Shown: positions 1 through 11,550 of the stretch, in pieces
How positions within the stretch are numbered: position 1 is the stretch's first letter
How the letters are laid out: every line of letters begins with the position of its first letter
Source: Cyanidioschyzon merolae
Taxonomy: Eukaryota
Assembly: GCA_000091205.1 (NCBI GenBank)
Contig: AP006487.2
DNA length: 64,000 nucleotides
Reading direction: 5' to 3' (one strand)
Made by a program: the position numbers and the translations under genes
The notes under the pieces: generated by a model
Seen by the model: only the letters and a program-made list of their open reading frames with translations
What the model was told of the DNA's origin: nothing
The model's database searches: none

Positions 1-79
1 GAGCACGCCATCCGAAAGCGATGCGTCTAGTGCGACAGCAGCAGTACCAGCCGCAACAGCTAGTGCGCACAGCAGTTTC

Positions 80-2884
80 GTGTCTCGTACACCGCAGATA
101 CTAGCGACGACAACGGTCGAGACGCCTCGCCAACGTACGGAACCGGAGCGCCTTATCGCAAGATCGCCCAGTGATGCCCGTCATGAAAGTTACGCGACAG
201 AGAGCAATCTTTCTCACGGGACGCAAATGACCGCTTCATATCGCTCGCGAGCTGTGAAACCTACGCTGGTGGACGAGCGGCCGCCCACAGTGCCAAGCCC
301 GTCCGCCTCTTCAGCGCAAGCAATCCACCGCCAAGCAACCAAACCGGAGCAAGACGTCAGACAAAGCACGCGGGGGCATGCAGCGGCGCGAGCACCAGCT
401 GCATCCGCAGCATCCGACGATGCTGTGAGAGGCAACCGTTCATCAGCAAGCCCCAGTGAGGCTTCGGAAATCCGCTGGCCCCAACGCCTGGAGTTTGTCT
501 CCTCTGGAGAGCGTTCACTGACGCCAGAAAAACCACGCACACGAACAGACGATGCACATGTCGCTGCAAATTCATTGGATAGCGATATGAGATCCTTTCG
601 CACGGCGCCGGATGAACGGAATCCGGATACACCAGCCGAGCGCACCCTGGATGTGGCTGCATCTGGTTGCTCGGGAATCGTCCCGGACCCCAGTGCCGGA
701 GACGAAGATATTCTCGTTCATACGCAAGCAGCAGCAGCAGCAGCAGCTGCTGCTGCCGAAGCCCGTCTCGTTATTCAGCAAGAGCTCGCTCGACGTTTCC
801 AGGAAATTCGCCAGCAGCAGCGGGAGCATGCACATCCCGCACACCCCGAGCAACAGCAGCGGGAACAACGAGACCGTGCGACTGATCAGCAGCTGGATGT
901 ACGAGATACCTCGACAGTGGCAGCAGCAGCAGCAGCAGCCCCGTCGATCCGTACGGATCCGAGCGTTTTCGAAACGACTTGCTCGTCGGAGTGGTGCTCA
1001 AACCAGTCCTCCATTTCCCGTTCGCGATACGAAGCGATGAAGACGCGTGTAGCACTCATGAAAGAGCGCCTCGGCAAGATGATGCTCGCGGGCACCTGCT
1101 CGACAACGATCGTCATGAGTGCAGCGCCTGCCGAAGATGCCACCCGTTTCCCCAGACACGAAGCACCACCCAAAACGACTGCTGCTGCAATGCAGACACG
1201 GCACACGGCGAGTTCGCCAAGTTCCCTCGGTGCCGCATCGAATGCGCTTCAGCTAAGTCATGCTATCGTGAACCTCCATGCCGGTACATTCGGGGAGTTC
1301 AAGCGCCTCGAACCGCTGCCAGCACAAGCGGCGACACGCTGGAGCATGGAAATCGACTTTCTGCTATCGCCATGTGAGCAGATCGTCGTTCGTACGCCAG
1401 TCAGACGAACACTTCCAGACGGAACCAGTGTTGAAGTGTTAGAGAGTCGTCTGCGCGCAGATATCGGAGAGCACCTTCCACGACTACGCAGTTTGGATCA
1501 TGCGATCCGAGAAATGCTGCGTTCCTTTCGAGAGCTCAGCGGTGTGCTTCATTACGAATCAACGGCTACTCGAGGACCGGACTGGTGGATTGAACGCCCA
1601 CGAGTTCCCACCGAGGGCCTATCACCAGGCATCCGAGCGTTGTTGCAGCGCTCGTTCGCCGAGGCTCAAGATATCCAGCGCGTTGCTCGCAGCATTAACG
1701 AACAGGTCTTGCGTTCGATACCTTGTCCAACCCGCGAGTATTCCTGTAGCTGTTTCGGGTATGATCTCAGCGAGCTGACCAGCGCTTGGTCGCTGACCCC
1801 ACGGCGACGTCCGCTTATTCGCGTCCGCGAGGTGCTTGGCCCAGACCTCTACGAAGCAGTGACCAAGAACGCCGCCTTCAGTGCCGTTGCCTATGCTCGA
1901 ACTGCCGTGCTCCGCTTGTCAACGGATGCTGTGCTGCCGCTGGGCGTCGACGCGGATGCACAAAACGCAAAACTAACCCAACTGGTGGAGCGTCTGGAAA
2001 GAGCCGAGTTTGTGTATCGGCTGAAGATTGACAGACTGAACCAAGCAAGTCGCTTTGGGATTCCATGGCGCCGGGAGAAGCTCGAGCGTTGCTATGCTGC
2101 ACGTCGTCGGTGTGAGCGAGGTGCACACGCTTTACGGGAGATATTCACGGGGGTAGGCCATACAACCAGAGATCAGTGTGCCATTCGTTACAATACGGAT
2201 GTGGGCACAGCGATTCTCGAGGCATACGCCCGTGTTCTGGAACATCGGGCTGCGGCGATTGGCAAGCGCATTCGACTGGTACTAGAAGCGGATCAGCGAC
2301 AGCAACAGCAACTACAACAACAACAACATCAACGGCTGCGGTCTGGACGAGCAGGTGTGTCCCTGCGAGCATCAGGGTCGCGGCTGGAGCTTTCTAGTAC
2401 GCAGCGTGCCGACGCTTGTAGCAGCAGCAGCAGCAGCAGCGGCAGCAGCAGCGGCAGCAGTAGCAGTGGCTATCCTGCGAGCGACTTGCCGCCGCCGCCG
2501 CCGCCGCCGCCGCCTGCACTTGTGGAACGTCCTCGGACGATGCCAGCGGGTCTCTTTGCTCGCCAGCATCGCAGCAGCGCCTGTCGCTCGCACCACTGCC
2601 ACGCTGAGGAGCTCACCACCGAGGCCAGCGTATCGCAAGGCATGCGTTGCGGAGCTGCTGTTTCAGCGAACAAGGCATCACGCACTGATCCTCTCGCTGC
2701 CGTGAGAGACAGCGGCGCAGAGACGCTTCCGGTGCGACGCACGACGGCCTTGGCACTGTGGACGAACGCTCACCCGCCTGCACCAGAGCAGGCTATCGAC
2801 ACCAGTCCTGCATGTGGTCGGTCGGTGGTATCGAAGCAGCGAACGTCTCCAGAGACGGCATCCGAACATGAGCGACCTGCATAG
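80..2884 (+). CDS. PRONE-domain Rop/Rho guanine-nucleotide exchange factor-like protein with low-complexity N- and C-terminal extensions; possibly 5'-truncated by the window edge
   Basis: Translation carries the PRONE signature blocks in the canonical order: LQLSHAIVNLHAGTFGEFKRLEPL, VEVLESRLRADIGEHLPRLRSLDHAIREMLRSF, WWIERPRVPTEGLSPG...INEQVL and IRYNTDVGTAILEAYARVLE. These match plant RopGEF PRONE motifs (FGE.WRLEPL, VEVM.SRPRADIY.NLPALRKLD, KWWLP.P.VP..GLSE, I.YNKDVGKA.LESYSRVLE). The track start at 80 is a GTG, and the frame is open back to nt 2. The gene has CAG/GCA/CCG homopolymer-coding runs (poly-Q, poly-A, poly-S, PPPPPPPPP at ~2490-2516). Confidence 0.6.
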   Translation: MSRTPQILATTTVETPRQRTEPERLIARSPSDARHESYATESNLSHGTQMTASYRSRAVKPTLVDERPPTVPSPSASSAQAIHRQATKPEQDVRQSTRGHAAARAPAASAASDDAVRGNRSSASPSEASEIRWPQRLEFVSSGERSLTPEKPRTRTDDAHVAANSLDSDMRSFRTAPDERNPDTPAERTLDVAASGCSGIVPDPSAGDEDILVHTQAAAAAAAAAAEARLVIQQELARRFQEIRQQQREHAHPAHPEQQQREQRDRATDQQLDVRDTSTVAAAAAAAPSIRTDPSVFETTCSSEWCSNQSSISRSRYEAMKTRVALMKERLGKMMLAGTCSTTIVMSAAPAEDATRFPRHEAPPKTTAAAMQTRHTASSPSSLGAASNALQLSHAIVNLHAGTFGEFKRLEPLPAQAATRWSMEIDFLLSPCEQIVVRTPVRRTLPDGTSVEVLESRLRADIGEHLPRLRSLDHAIREMLRSFRELSGVLHYESTATRGPDWWIERPRVPTEGLSPGIRALLQRSFAEAQDIQRVARSINEQVLRSIPCPTREYSCSCFGYDLSELTSAWSLTPRRRPLIRVREVLGPDLYEAVTKNAAFSAVAYARTAVLRLSTDAVLPLGVDADAQNAKLTQLVERLERAEFVYRLKIDRLNQASRFGIPWRREKLERCYAARRRCERGAHALREIFTGVGHTTRDQCAIRYNTDVGTAILEAYARVLEHRAAAIGKRIRLVLEADQRQQQQLQQQQHQRLRSGRAGVSLRASGSRLELSSTQRADACSSSSSSSGSSSGSSSSGYPASDLPPPPPPPPPALVERPRTMPAGLFARQHRSSACRSHHCHAEELTTEASVSQGMRCGAAVSANKASRTDPLAAVRDSGAETLPVRRTTALALWTNAHPPAPEQAIDTSPACGRSVVSKQRTSPETASEHERPA

Positions 2885-2974
2885 ATGACGGCTTTGACCC
2901 GTCTACGCGGCATCTTTTCGAATGAACATCCCTCGAACAGTATGCTCATGGAGCGCGTCCGGCTTTCGTGAAGG

Positions 2975-3340
2975 TCATCCGCTGAGAGCGATGGCGGCAT
3001 GTGTCCGACGAACGCTCGAGCTTCGTTCACCGCGTCGACTCATTCTGGATCGACGCTGACGCAGGCACGTTTCGTAGGTATCGGCATCCAGGTTCATGAG
3101 CAGGGTCTGCAACTGTCGTGTCAGCTGTTGGATGCGCGAGTCCCAGTGACGCGCGTTCACGTAAATAGCCTCGGCGAGTACCGGAAACGTATCACTTCGA
3201 TACAGCAACAGCATTTGGCGAAACCATGAACGCGGTGTTTCCAACGCGGGATGCTGCTTGCGTCCATAGGTCTGCTGGTGGACTCCATGGTGTCCAGCGG
3301 GTCTGGACTCGTCAGCGGTATGGTGCAGCAAAGCGCGTCC

Positions 3341-3379
<39 letters not shown>

Positions 3380-3595
3380 ATCATCATCGTCGTCATTGTC
3401 ATGAAGAATGCGATTGGGGGTCGCATGGCCAACTGCGTCCCAGGGGTCGCCCGCTGAGCCATACTCGCGCCCCGAGTCATTCTCCAGGAGCAGCAAAAGC
3501 GCCTCCTCGGCGACGTCCCGGTGCGCAGAAGTCATACAACGCGCCAGTCGGCGAAACACCAGAGGCACCAGCGATGCATCGCGGGAATCGGGTGC

Positions 3596-3632
<37 letters not shown>

Positions 3633-5746
3633 AGTCCACGCGCTGGTGCTGCCCGCCATTGCTGCTCCAACAACGACGCCATTTCATCGAGAAAGAGCAT
3701 CTCTTTGCGCGTATGACTCACTGGCCAGTGTCGAAGCAGGTACATCACCGTAGCGGTTGCCAGCGTGCTGTCCTTGGCAGCAAACTGAAGCGCACACTCT
3801 ATGAGCTCCGTCGCGTACACCACGTATCCATCTGGTGCGTGAAGCGGAAGCAACGCCTGACAATAAAACTCCGCATGCTCTCGCTTGAGCGGTACAGCCA
3901 ACCCCTGGATAATGAGCACCAGAATACTCAGCAGATCGGCAAGTCCACGCACCAGCTGTGCATACGCAACGCCATCGTAGCGATAGGGCAAGCAAAGATC
4001 GCAACTGATGCGACTGCGGATCAGCGTTCGCAGGTCCCGAAAACGCGCATAGATACGGTACAAACAGATCTTGACGTATTCGCGTTCGTAAGCGGGTGCC
4101 TGGAACAGTCGCAGGATGTGCGGAATGAGTCGTTCCCAGAGATCCACGCGTGTGGTCGGCGAGACGGCCACCAGACCAGCCAGTCGTTGCTGACGTACGT
4201 CGGTATCGTGGCGTTCGGGGTCCAGGAACTCGAGCACCAGCGCATACGCACACTCGACCTGGGGCCACCAGGTATCGCCTGCCGTTGGGTCAGTGTCGCC
4301 TGCCGCTGGAGCCGGGCTCCGGCTCGATACGCTGGTAGGCACCGGTTGCCCGCCAGGCAAGCTCCATGGAACGAAGACCTCGTCGTCGGCGAGCGCAAGA
4401 CGCTCGTCTTCGGACATGGGCGGTGGCTCCCTGGCTGCCAAGTGCTCATGGACGAGAATCAGTAGCGCGCTGTACACTGCGGCGTCGGGGGCAAACGCGT
4501 CTGGCTGGGTCTCGGCCCAGTCGACCAGGTCGTTGAGTGCCTCGACTCGTTGTCGCACCTGAGCTGCATGGCGAGCGTCCCAGCTGCGACTACTGTATAA
4601 CGGTTGGCTGCATGCCTGCAGCTGATACAGGAAATCGTCCTGACTGCGTACCTGGGAACGTCCGCGGGGCGATCGACTGTGACCCGCGTCCGAGGACGAC
4701 TGGGATCGACGAGAGCGCGACCTTGAGCGTCTCTCGCGGAAGCTCGGTGGTGCCGCGGCGCGTGCACCCGCAACTCCGTACAATGAGGCAGGAGCATGGA
4801 AGCTGGTGCCGAATGCGCCCATACCGCTGCCACCCGAGGACGCTGTGCCGTTCGGTGCGGCACCGGGCTGACGCTCGCTTGCAGCATCTGCCAGCGAAGC
4901 GACGCTTGGTAGCGAAGGAGTACCAGCACCAGTGGCGCCAGCGGATGACGGCGGTGGCGAGCCTACCGGGGTGCCTGTGTCCGTCGCCCAGGCGGCAGAG
5001 CGCCAGCGCCACGCGTCGCTTGGGGCGTCGGGGCGCGGGCCGCGGCGCTGGCTCCACACTGCAGCAAACGCGCTCGATGTTCCCGCAATGGGCATCGGGG
5101 GCGACTGCTCGTGACTCGCTGCTGCCGAGAGGGCAGGCTCGGGTATGGGCTCCTCGGCGGCTCCCGGGTCGCAGGGCCTCGGCCACGCTGTCCCCAGCGC
5201 CAAAGCCTGGTGCGCAGTCCGCTGCTGATCGACAGCGTCCGGCACTGTAGAGTCGCTCGAAGTGCTCTCGTCGTCGGTTTCGCTTGTGCCGGGCGAGTAT
5301 CGAGACAGCGGCTCAGGTCGCGTCATCGTATCGCTGCTGGGATAGCTGACGCTGCCCAGTGTACCAGCACTGTTCCCGTGGGCGCTGCGCGCCGACGTGG
5401 ACCGGTGCACGTCGCCGGCTCTGCGCTCGGCTGCTCTGGGAAAGCCAGACGACATCGGCTCGCTACTCGCCATTTGGCCAGATATTCGGCCAGTCTGCGC
5501 TGTCTGCAACGCCGAGGGACTCGAACGCTCAGCGCCTGTCCTGTGTTCGATGACGGTCAGTCGATCGAGTGCCTGTAGCGCTGCCACCGAACTGGGGCGC
5601 GATGCTCGACGTTCCGAGTCGCTGCGACTCGGCGACGCAACAGCCGGTGCTGGCAGCTGTGCTTTGGCCTCTGGCCCCAGCGGTACACTCGACTGGGGTG
5701 ATGACGCTGCTGCACCATGTTTCCTGTCTCGGAAGGGCCACCGCAT
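2975..5746 (-). CDS. PP2A regulatory subunit B56 (B-prime) family protein, paralog A, with a ~370 aa low-complexity N-terminal extension and poly-Q tracts
   Basis: The ATG at 5746 was verified. The core matches B56 over its whole length: WPQVECAYALVLEFLDPE..., YEREYVKICLYRIYARFRDLRTLIRSRI, LADLLSILVLIIQGLAVPLKREHAEFYCQALLPLHAPDGYVVYATELIECALQFAAKDSTLATATVMYLLRHWPVSHTRKEMLFLDEMASLLE, PLVFRRLARCMTSAHRDVAEEAL. Compare the B56 consensus [93 protein letters not shown]. Confidence 0.75.
3344..3379. repeat. (GCT)12 trinucleotide repeat inside the B56-A CDS; encodes poly-Gln on the minus strand. A second run (GCT)11 lies at ~3597-3632
   Basis: Perfect gctgctgct... runs are visible in the sequence. 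They correspond to the QQQQQQQQQQQQ and EQQQQQQQQQQQ stretches in the minus-strand translation. Confidence 0.85.
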
Positions 5747-7766
5747 CAGTTAAGCGGCCGTTGCATACGCCGTTTACGTTTCAGGAGAAATAATGATACC
5801 CGAATCGGCGCGCTGGGCGTTGCTCTCGGCCATCGACGCCGAGCGCCGCTGGGCGCGGCATATCATCGTCGGGTGCGGCTGCGCGCCTGTGCTCCCTGGT
5901 CCATCAGTGATGCAGCTGGGCTCGTGATCATCACAGCAGTGCCCGCTGGAGTACCTTCTGAAGCATGGTATTTGCATTGGTTTGTGTTGCGCATAGGTAG
6001 TCAACGCATGGCATGGATGTGCGCGCTCGGCTGCAACCAGCGGATGTGCCGAGACGTGGTGCGGTCGCTGCATGGGGCTACGAGAAGAAACGGGCATTTA
6101 TTGTACAATTCAGTCATCCTATAGGTACTCGCTGGATCTCGGATATTCTGGTCGTTTCGTACGTCCTATCGTATGTGCCTACTGCCTGCCGAAAGCGACA
6201 GCAATAGCGCCTACAGCGCCGATGCGGTCGCTGCACGGAGACAGAACGGCGTTGCCGTGCACCATACGGAGGGCGTCGGCTCGCGTGTCATCGCTGGATG
6301 CGCCTCGTTTCTCGAGTCCGTTTCCTGTGTGTGTGGTATGCGCGTCAACCGGGCCGTATTCGACGCTACCTACGCGACTAGGTCCTTGGAAATCCATAAA
6401 GGTACGATTGACAAGTCATGGAATGCAAAGTTTTCGTCCCGTTGATACGAACGTCGCTGAAGGGAAACGGATGCATGCAGGGGTACGCACGCTGGCGTGG
6501 GAGAGCTGCTCGCGCGTTCATCGATACTCGCGATCGATTTCGTGCGGGAACGCGAATACTGATTGCAACACGATCGGCTATTCGTCTCATTCGGACGGAA
6601 TGTATCCGGGGGCTACATGGTATACTCGTCTGTGGGTGCAAACTTAGTGCAAAGCGCTACTCGTAGATCGGCGACCGGCGTGCATCCCGACACCTCGAAT
6701 TCCGTCGTACGCATGCAGGATGCACGGCTTTGCACGCTTCATTCAGCGCGTTCGTAAGCGTCTGCACGGCTCTTGCAGACCAGATTCGCAAGCGTCGAGA
6801 TGATCAAGCCGGTGCTCGCCGATGATTCGTATTGTAGCGAGACAAGACGTGTGCTCTCGCCAGTTCGTTCAGCGCTTTCGAAAAGAAAACGACCGACAAG
6901 CGGCATCGTTTACTGGTGCTAGCCTCTGTCGCAAGACGTGCCGTACCGTGTCAAGGCCGTGCGCTTGCGCTTTCGATAAGAACGCCCAACGCGTGCTGGA
7001 ATCGACGCAGTCAGATTCCCGTCGATGCCCCCAGGGCGACAAGCATGCATCGGCATCTGGGGCGCGCGCTGAAACTGGTAAATATAACCATCACGTAGCG
7101 GTTTCGACGTTCGAATGGCCTCAGCATCGTGCTCCTGTTGGAGATAGGGCCTGGATCGATCCAGCGACCTCGTGACTGCCAGTTTGATCAGGGCGCTTGA
7201 TCCGTCACGCGTCGATGTATCGTTACCGCGTTCGCGATACCTCCACCGAACGAGACGCCCGTGTTTGTCCTCGCGTCATCCCAGGGCGTAGCGACCTTGA
7301 GCGGCAACACCCGAAAGCACGCGCGCATGCCACAGCCCGTCATCGCTGCATCGGGACGCGCGCAAACTGCCGAATCCTCCCCGAATGACCCAGAGGTTTT
7401 CCGTCTCGATCATCAACTCGTATCCGTGCATTTAGCGAGGCGTTCCGGGATACGCGTATGCCGTCTGGTATCAGGAAAGCAGCACACACGCTTCTGTGTT
7501 TATGTTTATGCGGGTGCATATGCCTTGGCGTTCACCACTCGACATTATTCCAGAATCCGTGCACGCGATGCTGCCTGCAGCGCGCCTATCGCCACCGCGC
7601 GGACACGTCGCGCACGCGATCTGCGCGCCAGCCAGCCGTTGATGCGTGTCCTGCAATGCGTGTATTTTCTGTTTTACGTGACGTGTTACGTTGCCGCCTT
7701 CTTCACCGGTGCGCTTTGACGAACATTGCCTTCGAGGCGGCACGTTTCGTAGTGGATTGATTTTTC

Positions 7767-8723
7767 ATGGATTTCGAGCAGGGCTGGTCACAGAGGGCAC
7801 AGCGACCGGAGACACAGCGTGCTGAGGGGTCGCGCTGGACCCCAGACCCCAAGACGCGACCTGTTGCCAGCGAACGCAACGCTCGACCCGCTGGCGACGC
7901 GTACATTCCGAGCACTTCCGTTCAAGGCTGGAAAGCTGCACCAGCGCCGGTGGAGCTTGGCAACGACACACTCGACGACACGGACTCGGTGGGCAACGTT
8001 GGTGGTGGCGGGCCCCAGACGGGTCCCACGAAGGTCGGCGCCGGTGCCGCTGAACCCGCTTTGACGTTCGGTGCGGCGAGTGTTGGACCCTTTCCACCAG
8101 AGCAAGAGCCGGTGTGCCTCTGTCGTGTGCGCTCAGTGGGTGAACTCGCGTTTCAGACCTGGTGCAGCCTGTCCAAGACCCTGCTCTATTTGTGTGAGTT
8201 TACCTGGGCAATCGTGGTTTTCGGTGTGACAGCGAATTCCCTGTACAATGGGAGTCAGTGCGCGCTGTCGAGCACGAACTCGACGGCGCTTTGCCGCTAC
8301 GCCATCGCCCTGGGAGTCATCGGCTGGGTCCTCGTCCTGATCCTGTCTGTTGTGTATTTCGCAACCAACGCACTGGCGAGGATTCTGCCGCCCGTGTACG
8401 AGATGATCGTGCAGTTGTTTCTGATGGTCTGGTGGTTCATCGGCAGTGTTGTGATTAGTGCAAGCCTTGGAAGCTCCTCTCCGAATCAGGTCAGCATCAA
8501 TACGGTAATTGCTTTTAGTTGGATGCTATTTGTCATGCATTTGGTGCACAGCGGTATTTGTCTTTGGCAGTGGCTGGAATCAGCCGGAGTGCTAGCAACG
8601 AAGACGACGACGACAACAACAACAACAACGACTATTGCGCGTGAACAGCACGCACCTGCGACGCGAAAGACAGGACCGCCATCACCGGTTCTAAGTGACC
8701 ACACGGTGCACAGCGGCGTGTAG
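7767..8723 (+). CDS. Four-transmembrane-helix membrane protein (MARVEL/CASP-like topology) with a disordered N-terminus and a C-terminal poly-Thr run
   Basis: The ATG at 7767 was verified. There are four hydrophobic helices: LLYLCEFTWAIVVFGVTA, AIALGVIGWVLVLILSVVYFA, MIVQLFLMVWWFIGSVVISASL and VIAFSWMLFVMHLVHSGICLW. A short first loop contains two Cys. I assign the family from topology only. Confidence 0.4.
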   Translation: MDFEQGWSQRAQRPETQRAEGSRWTPDPKTRPVASERNARPAGDAYIPSTSVQGWKAAPAPVELGNDTLDDTDSVGNVGGGGPQTGPTKVGAGAAEPALTFGAASVGPFPPEQEPVCLCRVRSVGELAFQTWCSLSKTLLYLCEFTWAIVVFGVTANSLYNGSQCALSSTNSTALCRYAIALGVIGWVLVLILSVVYFATNALARILPPVYEMIVQLFLMVWWFIGSVVISASLGSSSPNQVSINTVIAFSWMLFVMHLVHSGICLWQWLESAGVLATKTTTTTTTTTTIAREQHAPATRKTGPPSPVLSDHTVHSGV

Positions 8724-9675
8724 AAGTCGATGCGGTCCCAGAGCGCAGTGCGCTGCACGGACGGTGTCCAGCGTCTGGAGCCGTCAAGAGTCGTGAACGC
8801 TGGTTTGTTCACAGCGTTTCGGCTGGATTCGGCGGCATCGGGGTCATCGTGTGGTTCGCGGATGCATCATCTCGGAGACGTTCCCTGCTGAGCCGCATCT
8901 TGTTTCGGGGATTTGTGCGAACACTTGTCGCAGGAAAAGAGGGAGAACCACGCGATCGCTGGCAGCGTCGTATGCAGCGATGTCGTCACTGAGTGGTACG
9001 GCTTGAGCGCGTTCAATTTAGCGATGCTCGCTGGGAGCTATTTTGTCTCTGCGGAAAGGCAGTCGTCGAGGCTGTTCATACCAGATGCTTCATTTTATCG
9101 AGCAGCGCAGACGATTGTTGTTGAATTCGCTATTGGACGGAGGAGAACAGCGCGCTTGCGCTTGCTTTTGGAGCGAATTGCATCCGAGCGATGCCCGGAG
9201 AGCGCGCATGCACGCTCTGTCTTTTGCACGCGAGTATCATGCGCACTCAAAGACTAGAGATCTGGAGAGCAGTTTGAAAGCCCCTAGCGCGCTAGCATTT
9301 GCCTAGGTCGGAATGCGCTTCCAGCGATGGATCTGAGCCCCGAGCGCCGTGCAAGCAACAGCGAAGCACATGCCGCAGTTGCCAAGAACGCAACCACGGG
9401 TTTTTTGTCCGCAGGCGTCCCGCGTGAGCGAAACGCAACCGAGTTCAGTGCTTGCTGGCTGAACACCCGAAGATCGTGAAACGCACACTGTCCAAATCAT
9501 CGATATAGTAGGATGTCCAAATAGACAGCATGCTTTAGAGCTACTCGAGGCATGGTAAAAAGATACAAGGCACCGCATCTGCATCGTCTACGCAAATCTG
9601 CACCGCGATCCCAACGACAACGAGCCGCAGCAGCCGAGTCCGACGAGGCATGCGCACACATCGAGTATCGAACAG

Positions 9676-10117
9676 CTACCGCTTGCACAAAGCAGCACCG
9701 CCATCATGAAAGGTAAAGCACGCGATGCGTTTGAGCGTCAAAGGCAAACACCCGTGTCAGTTTCAAATGGAACGGGTTCACTAGGCTACCGCTTGCACAA
9801 AGCAGCACAGCCATCATGAAAGGTAAAGCACGCGATGCGTTTGAGCGTCAAAGGCAAACACCCGTGTCAGTTTCAAATGGAACGGGTTCACTAGGCTGAC
9901 GCTTGCACAAAGCAGCACAGCCATCATGAAAGGTAAAGCACGCGATGCGTTTGAGCGTCAAAGGCAAACACCCGTGTCAGTTTCAAATGGAACGGGTTCA
10001 CTAGGCTACCGCTTGCACAAAGCAGCACCGCCATCATGAAAGGTAAAGCACGCGATGCGTTTGAGCGTCAAAGGCAAACACCCGTGTCAGTTTCAAATGG
10101 AACGGGTTCACTAGGCT
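9676..10117. repeat. Intergenic tandem minisatellite, 110-bp unit x 4 copies
   Basis: The unit gcttgcacaaagcagcac(c/a)gccatcatgaaaggtaaagcacgcgatgcgtttgagcgtcaaaggcaaacacccgtgtcagtttcaaatggaacgggttcactaggct(a/g)(c/a)c recurs at 9681, 9791, 9901 and 10011 with two variable sites. Confidence 0.85.
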
Positions 10118-11514
10118 GATCTGGACGCACATCGCAAACCCCTGGTCTCTTCCAAATGTCATCAAGGCTAACCTCTGCGGGACTTGTCTGCGACTGCTTG
10201 CGTTTCCTATCTATTGCCTCCAGTTTTAAATGCGCCGGTCTCTCCAGTGTCAGTGGCTCCGATGCAAGCAGTTGATGGGTCCTCGTGGCAACCTTAGAAT
10301 CCCGAGAGCGCCGCTTCCGGCTATTGTGGAGACATATGACGCACAGGCGCTAGTCCCGATCCAGGCATCGCGTAGAAACTGAATGCGTTTCTCAGACAAC
10401 CTCGGTGCGTCCTGTGTAGCGGCGACACGCGCCAGTGATTATGCGTCCCCATTCGTTCACGCAACCAGCGCCACCAGCGCCTGCTCTTCCGAGCGCCGCA
10501 CGATGGCGCCCAAACGCTCGCTTGCTCGCTCCACACAGGTCATTGACGAGTACGGAACGCTTCCCTAGATATCCTCGCGCGTTTCAGCGCCAGACACCGG
10601 CCCCCGCGATCACGTACCTGTTCCGGGCGATGCCGTCGACGAGTACGCTGTCGGATGCACACACAAGCGCACACTGTTTCATTCGATCAAGGATTTGTGG
10701 AATGCGCGGTTGTCCATAATGAGAATCGTGCCGGGAGAAGGACTACCCAAACCGGAGAACAAGTCGAGAAATTTCGATCTGTCTACGCGCCATTCATGAA
10801 AGCGGAGGCGTACTCTGTACGTTTAGCGATCGCTGCAAACATCAAGGTCCGAATCCAGGACCCTTTTCCATGCAAACAGAAGCATAGGGAACCTCTGGTA
10901 GCATATTCCGAGAGAAATATCACGCAGATGTGGAAAGTTGTCCAGTCGATAACCAAAAAATGCGGAGTATTTGTCTTTGGAATGAAATTCTTTACTTGAC
11001 GGTGCACGCTCAGTGACCGTTCGACGTGCGCTCGGGAACAACTCGTCAACAAACGACGTCGAGTATCCTCGCTCGTCGATTCAGCGACGCGGTTAACGGT
11101 ACCCATGAGTTGCCTCGAAAGAGAACGGTCGAAAACTTGAAAATTGCCCGATTGATGCACGTTCCACGCATCGAAACGAGATGCGTGAACGCATTGACGT
11201 GCGAATCAAAGAACCACGTCGGTTACTTGACAAACCCGTGGTTGCATGCATCACGAGTCACACAGAGTCCTCTGAGGTACCATATTCCAGCACCGAAGCG
11301 TCAAACAAGTCACTCCAAAGAAACAACCAAGCATTCTAGAACAAGGTTCGAATCCGTTATCTCCTCTGCCTGCACGGCCTATGTCGATGTTGCCCATCTA
11401 AACGTGTCCGACGGTAATCGCTTGGCAAGAGCAGACCATTGCTCCACCCAAGTGAAACACAGAGATACGTACAGAGAGCCACTTTTGTGTGGCATGCATG
11501 CAGCCTATCGACAC

Positions 11515-11549
<35 letters not shown>

Positions 11550-11550
11550 G
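11515..11550. repeat. (CAG)12 trinucleotide repeat in the intergenic/5' region ~450 bp upstream of B56-B; a (CA)8 dinucleotide run follows at ~11861-11876
   Basis: A perfect cagcagcag... run and the run caaacacacacacacacg are visible. Confidence 0.8.

Noticed and set aside
3226-5250. Plus-strand ORFs (3226..3753, 3659..4465, 4537..5250) overlapping the B56-A gene
   Set aside because: These are antisense shadow ORFs inside a strongly supported minus-strand CDS, and GC-rich DNA produces long stop-free frames by chance. They have no homology.
9676-10117. CRISPR-like array interpretation of the evenly spaced repeats
   Set aside because: The repeats are directly abutting 110-bp units with no unique spacers, and the whole context is eukaryotic. 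It is a minisatellite.
11340-11370. tRNA-like T-arm motif AAGGTTCGAATCCGTT (a similar GGTTCGAGTCC occurs at ~20005-20020)
   Set aside because: No complementary acceptor stem ~70 nt upstream and no D-arm or anticodon-arm arrangement. These are isolated T-loop-like strings, not tRNA genes.
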